A stretch of 64,000 bases of DNA from assembly GCA_051362555.1 (NCBI GenBank), contig CM120641.1, positions 49,172,401 to 49,236,400 of the forward strand, in the 5' to 3' direction. The stretch's first letter is position 1. Each line of letters begins with the position of its first letter. The stretch comes from Lingula anatina (lineage: Eukaryota; Animalia; Brachiopoda). The notes under the pieces are model-generated. The model was given only the letters and a program-made list of their open reading frames with translations, was not told the origin of the DNA and searched no databases. This document shows, piece after piece, positions 58,901 through 64,000 of this stretch. The position numbers were made by a program, and so were the translations under genes.

Positions 58901-61900
58901 TGTCCAAGTTAGCCATCAATCCACAGTAAGTAGACAGATATGGTATTGACATGGTGCTGAGGATGTCCAAGTTAGCCATCAATCCACAGTAAGTAGACAG
59001 ATATGGTATTGACATGGTGCTGAGGATGTCCATGCAAGCCATCAATCCACAGTAAGTAGACAGATATGGTATTGACATGGTGCTGAGGATGTCCATGGTA
59101 GCCATCAATCCATAGTAAGTAGACAGATATTTCTGTCAGCAGCTATATATCACCATATGGATCAGCCCTTGGAGAACATACCTGCAAACATCCAGGTCAC
59201 CACATTGATTTTGACAGCCTGAAAGTAATAGACAGGGAAAACTGGACATTCCAAAGAAAAACAGCAGAAGCTGTACACATCAGGACCAAACAACCAGGCC
59301 TGAACAGACAGGGGGGGTATGATTTACCAGCTATCTACCTCACGGTGCTTCAGAGGGATGCAGAGGAGCCCCGGGGGGAAGGTGTAACAGTTACAACACA
59401 AGGCCAGTGATTAGGGGCAATTGACCTGGATTTTCATTCCAGGTGAAATGACCCTAGTCATTTACTCCCTGATGATGGTGACTGACAGTCACAGAAATAT
59501 TGGAGGTAAAACCTACATATTTTATAAGCTCTTGATAAAAAGAAAAACAATAATTTAAATTGATACATACAGAGCTAATGAAACTCTTCTCTCATAGACA
59601 GATATGGTATTGACATGGTACTGAGGATGTCTAAGTTAGCCATCAATCCACAGTAAGTAGACAGATATGGTATTGACGTGGTACTGAGGATGTCTAAGTT
59701 AGCCATCAATCCACAGTAAGTAGACAGATATGGTATTGACATGGTGCTGAGGATGTCCATGGTAGCCATCAATCCACAGTAAGTAGACAGATATGGTATT
59801 GACATGGTACTGAGGATGTCCATGGTAGCCATCAATCCTCAGTAAGTAGACAGATATGGTATTGACATGGTTCTGAGGATGTCCATGGTAGCCATCAATC
59901 CACAGTAAGTATAGACAGATATGGTATTGACATGGTGCTGAGGATGTCCATGGTAGCCATCAATCCTCAGTAAGTAGACAGATATGGTATTGACATGGTT
60001 CTGAGGATATCCATGCAAGCCATCAATCCACAGTAAGTAGACAGATATGGTATTGACATGGTTCTGAGGATATCCATGCAAGCCATCAATCCATAGTAAG
60101 TAGACAGATATGGTATTGACATGGTACTGAGGATGTCCATGCAAGCCATCAATCCACAGTAAGTCACCATGCACATTGTATAAGAACAGTTGTCAGTATT
60201 GCAGTAGGTGTACTGACCAAGCACATCCACTGCACCTCATTTACATAATGACCTCAATTTGCATAACTGAACACTTTTTGGAAGTCACAGTCTTCAGTGA
60301 GCGCAGTGTGTCAGTCCTTAGTGAGTCTCACAGAGATAAGTGACAGAATCTGAATTTAGTGGAAAGAAGCATATTATGGTGGGTGAAATATTTATGTATA
60401 TTATTTATTAAATGTATTTGTTTACAATGTTCTAATGATGTAAATGCTAGTTTGGCCATGTAGTGACTAAAATTCATTAAGTGAACTGGTGGCAATGCAC
60501 TTCAGTTCAGTTTGGAAGGAAATATATTTCATAGCTCTGAATAATATCTATAGATAGTAAAAAAGGTGTTTGAAATATGAGTTAATTTGTATGCTAAACA
60601 ATTAGTTTTAATTTGTGGTTTTTTGTTTTTAATTCATGGCAGTGTCTGACATTTAGGAAAAATAAAGGATTATGCCCATTGAACTTTGGCTTCTTTATTT
60701 TGTGGCCCTGATGTCAGTGATGAGCTACACGTTGAATTTCAGTATATTTTAGGTAGGCTACCCCCACAACACATTCATATTCACACACACACACACGCAC
60801 ACACACCATGTACACTTAAGTATATTCATGCACATACATATATTCATGCACATGCTTTCATACATTGATTCCGTGAAGTCCCCCACCTCACACATGAGTG
60901 TACATATTCCACATGACATGTATCTGTTCTATTTCCAGTGGAGACAGACCTATCCACCTGAGTTTTGATGTGGACTCTCTAGATCCCAGAATATCTGCTG
61001 CCACAGGGACCCCAGGTGATAATAACACTAATATACAGAAGACTAATTGTTCTCTTTACTAACATCCTGCAAGGCCACTGTAAAGCAAGCACAGCTCTCT
61101 GCCATATAACAATGTGCTGTTAAGATTTTTCCTTTCTCATCTTTAAAAAATTAACTTCAAAAGTTTGGTCTGTATTGTCTTGGACTGCGGACACATTGGT
61201 CTCTATAACTGGGCTCATGTATAGCTACTTGCTGGAAGAATTGGGGACATTCCATACATACTTACATAAACTCTATACTGCTATATCTAACAAAATGCAA
61301 TAAATTTATATCCTTCAAAATGAAGTGTTTTCCAGTATGTAAATAAAGTATAACAGATGTAGATGATAGAAATAGTTTTTTTTTAATTTTCAATTTTACA
61401 GTTTGTTTCAATTTGCAATTTTGATGCAAAATTGATTTGATCTCCTTTAATTTCTTGGTTTTTTTCCTTTTCAGTTCCTGGTGGGTTGTCAGTTAGAGAA
61501 GGCATCTATATTGCTGAGGAGCTGGCAGCTACAGGTAAGACACTGAACTTTTGTTGCTACTTCTTTATTATTCCACACTACAAACTATACGTTGTACATT
61601 GCTGAGGAGCTGGCAGCTACAGGTAATACACTTAACTTTTGCTGCTACTTATTTATTATTCCACACTACAAACTGTACCTTGTACCAACTTTCCTACTCA
61701 AGTTAATGTCACATGTCACATGGTAATTATAAGTTGCTGCAGGCAGTACATTCAGTACAGTTGTTTTATTTCAAATTTTTTGAACATGCAAGTGCCAAAG
61801 ATCAAATGTTCATTTCTGTCCCCCAGGCTGTACAGCTCCACGTTTTTACCTCCATTTGTTTGTTTGTTCTTCATCAGCCTAACTCAAAAAGTTATGGATG

Positions 61901-62561
61901 GATTTTGATAAAATCCCCAGGATATGTCAACAATGGGCTAACTCAAAATTGATACAATTTTAGTGGTGATCCATTAATTTATTTATGGTTAATTATTTGT
62001 TATTTGTCCTGGTGGAAGTCTGCACTCTCTGCTTGGTTTTTTAGTTTTGTACATAATTTAAAATACTTTAGAAAACCGGTAAACTGACAGCATTTGACCT
62101 TGTTGAAGTGAGCCCTTTGCTAGGAACCAAAGAGGAGAGAGATCTTACAGTGTATGCTGTATATATGTTTATATTCTCAGGTTTATCACTTTGTGTGTTA
62201 TTTAATAAACTAGGTAAACTGACGGCAGTGGACCTTGTTGAAGTGAACCCTTTGCTAGGAACCAAAGAGGAGAGAGATCTTACAGTGTGTGCTGTATATA
62301 TGTTTATAATCTCAGGTTTATCACTTTGTGTTATTTAATATACCAGGTAAACTGACGGCAGTGGACCTTGTAGAGGTGAACCCTTTGCTAGGAACCAAAG
62401 AGGAGAGAGATCTTACAGTGTATGCTGCCACAGAGATTGCTAGGGCATGCTTTGGAAAGAAACGAGAGGGCAACATTCCCCCTGGCTACGTGCTGCCTAG
62501 ACCGGACACTACCACAGTGGCGTCCTCAGCTAAATACGGGGAGGAAGTGGAAAGACCATAG
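52909..62561 (+). CDS. ARG: Arginase with probable mitochondrial transit peptide; exons 52909-53028, 53704-53776, 54276-54382, 54747-55012, 56322-56378, 57297-57401, 60939-61015, 61475-61534, 62347-62561
   Basis: GVIGVPSCKGQ, GGDHSLSIG, DAHADINTPLTSPSGNVHGM, YIGLRDLDPGE, IHLSFDVDSLDP..ATGTPVPGG, DLVEVNP; the N-terminus lacks acidic residues and is S/R-rich. Confidence 0.95.
59159..59595 (+). mobile_element. Penelope-like retroelement 3' fragment
   Basis: Translates as SALGEHTCKHPGHHIDFDSLKVIDRENWTFQRKTAEAVHIRTKQPGLNRQGGYDLPAIY, resembling the C-terminal half of the PLE GIY-YIG endonuclease; followed by a hammerhead-like motif and an A-rich tail. Confidence 0.82.
59461..59510 (+). ncRNA. Minimal type I hammerhead ribozyme motif (PLE type), probably with one core-adjacent mutation
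   Basis: Stem I TTTACTCC..GGAGgTAAA, core CTGATGA (59469-59475), stem II GTGACT-GAC-AGTCAC, GAAA (59494-59497), palindromic AATATT; the base before GAAA is A rather than C. Confidence 0.7.
62072..62428 (+). repeat. About 134-bp x3 tandem repeat spanning the last arginase acceptor
   Basis: Copies of GTAAACTGAC..GAGAGATCTTACAGTGT follow CCG (62078), TAG (62213) and CAG (62346, functional). Confidence 0.93.
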
Positions 62562-63863
62562 GAACAGCAAGTCTCATCTGTGGCCTGTTCAGCTGCAAAA
62601 ACCAAGCCAAACTGCTACTTTGTCTTATAATCTCCGATAGTATTCACATTATTTTTATCTTTGCACAGAACAAGCTTTACCTGGAAGTTTGGCAATTTTT
62701 TCATTAATGCCAAGGGATAAACTGGCATGAATTAGCTTACAAATAAAGATCAAATGTTAGGTTTTGAAAATCAAACCCAGAAAAATGTCATTCAGAGCTT
62801 AATGGAATTCTAGGCTACGCTAGTTTTCATGTTTTTTTTTTTACTGTGTAAGCCAATGGAGGTGTAGGTCATTTTTGGCTGAAAATTTTGAACTGAGTAC
62901 ATCACATTTTCAACATTTATTTTGGCTCATTTCACCAAGACCCCTTTGAAACAAGGTGTCACATTTCATTTTTATTATGATGCAGAATTTATATTTGCAG
63001 CATTGCATAAACATTCCTCGATTAGTTAAAAATTAGTAAGAGATTTCACTAGTATGCTTGTTTTTCAGCATTTATTTTTGTTTCTGATGTTATGTGGAAC
63101 TTTAAGCAATGAAATTGCTCTCTTTGTCAGGTAGTTTTCTACATGAACTACTCCAGTATTGTGTAAGTTGCCTCTTCTAAATACATGACTATAATGCCAT
63201 CTGTTATTAGTTGCCACTGTCAAGTTATGGCTGTGTACTAGATATTCCACATTTAGATGTAGTGGCTTTAGCATTATAAGATTATATACATTTATACATA
63301 AACTTTATTGACCTGATTTTTTATGGATGTGGCTAGTCAACATATTTGGGTATGAATGCATGAAGTATTTTATTTTATTTACACTTTCTTGAAAAGAACT
63401 AATAAATCCATTTTTGCTTGTTTAGGTCTTGTGGAAAATGTTTCACTTGTGTCAATTTCTTCTTAGACAGTCTTTCAAGTACCGTTCCAGAGCATATTTC
63501 ATGAAATGAAATTTTTAATTTCCTTCTGGCCCTATAAAATTTTCTGCTGTTATGAGTCTGTAGAGGAGGTCAAAGGTCAAGTCTCTCCTTCCACAATTAC
63601 TGTTAAGAAATTGTTGCACCAAATTGATATTTGGTATCAAAGTGCTCCCCCATCATGCCTGGTTGTATAGAAACTGATGCTTCTCTGCAAATACAAGAGA
63701 AAATGTCAGTTTTCTCAGTAATGTTTTCTGCTGAATCCCCAACTACTGTTCCTTCATCTGGTGCTGTCAAGTCTGCTATAACATGATGCCCAACAAAATC
63801 CTTTCCTGCTGAGACAAATATCAGACCATCTTGAGAATCTTCAAATGAATACTGGGGGGCCCC

Positions 63864-64000
63864 TCACGTCATTGCAGTTTGCATGTGCTCATAGCCTGCA
63901 CGCACCAAATACTGGAAGTTGTTGTTATTCCTCAGGTCAGACAGTTCATCTGCTGTCAGTAAACTTTCCACATCTGGTAGGTAGTCCATTACATCTGAAC
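63864..64000 (-). CDS. NUP133: Last coding exon of nucleoporin NUP133 (partial), convergent with arginase
   Basis: Minus frame SDVMDYLPDVESLLTADELSDLRNNNNFQYLVRAGYEHMQTAMT-TGA resembles the recalled vertebrate NUP133 C-terminus ([32 protein letters not shown]). Confidence 0.75.
   Translation of the reverse strand, partial: SDVMDYLPDVESLLTADELSDLRNNNNFQYLVRAGYEHMQTAMT

Larger units (their letters stand above)
57343..60163 (+). repeat. 63-bp satellite made of the arginase exon 6 3' end plus donor; about 28 + 9 copies, interrupted at 59131-59595
   Basis: Unit gtagacagatatggtattgacatggtgctgaggatgtccatgcaagccatcaatccaca|gtaa. The first copy is the real exon (donor at 57402); the last runs into unique intron gtaagtcacc. 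Confidence 0.97.

Noticed and set aside
57255-59108. 617-aa minus-strand ORF of 21-aa repeats
   Set aside because: Antisense reading of the 63-bp exon-derived satellite; a stop-free frame is propagated by repeat homogenisation and there is no independent gene evidence.
57343-60163. CRISPR-like array
   Set aside because: Head-to-tail units with no unique spacers, in eukaryotic context, with no cas genes.

Overview
AT-rich, intron-containing animal genomic DNA, probably a marine invertebrate (the taxon cannot be fixed from sequence alone). Gene content: the 3' part of an inner-arm axonemal dynein heavy chain (DNAH3-like, +, about 42 exons, stop 18439); two tandem SLC46-family MFS transporter paralogs (+); MCM5 (-) head-to-head with a mitochondrial-type arginase (+) across an E2F/CCAAT promoter; and the last exon of NUP133 (-). 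Mobile DNA: a decayed Tc1, an Academ-like long-TIR element carrying a nested EnSpm/CACTA-type element that itself holds a deleted Gypsy LTR element, Helitron/Helentron-type non-autonomous elements, several MITEs, and a Penelope 3' fragment with a hammerhead motif. The standout signal is about 20 tandem duplications centred on exon-intron junctions in dynein, MCM5 and arginase. They create arrays of decoy splice sites, up to about 37 copies of one GTAAGT donor. Their exon-derived parts differ from the real exon disproportionately at synonymous positions (by-eye tally). Gene and element identities come from recalled motifs, not database searches.
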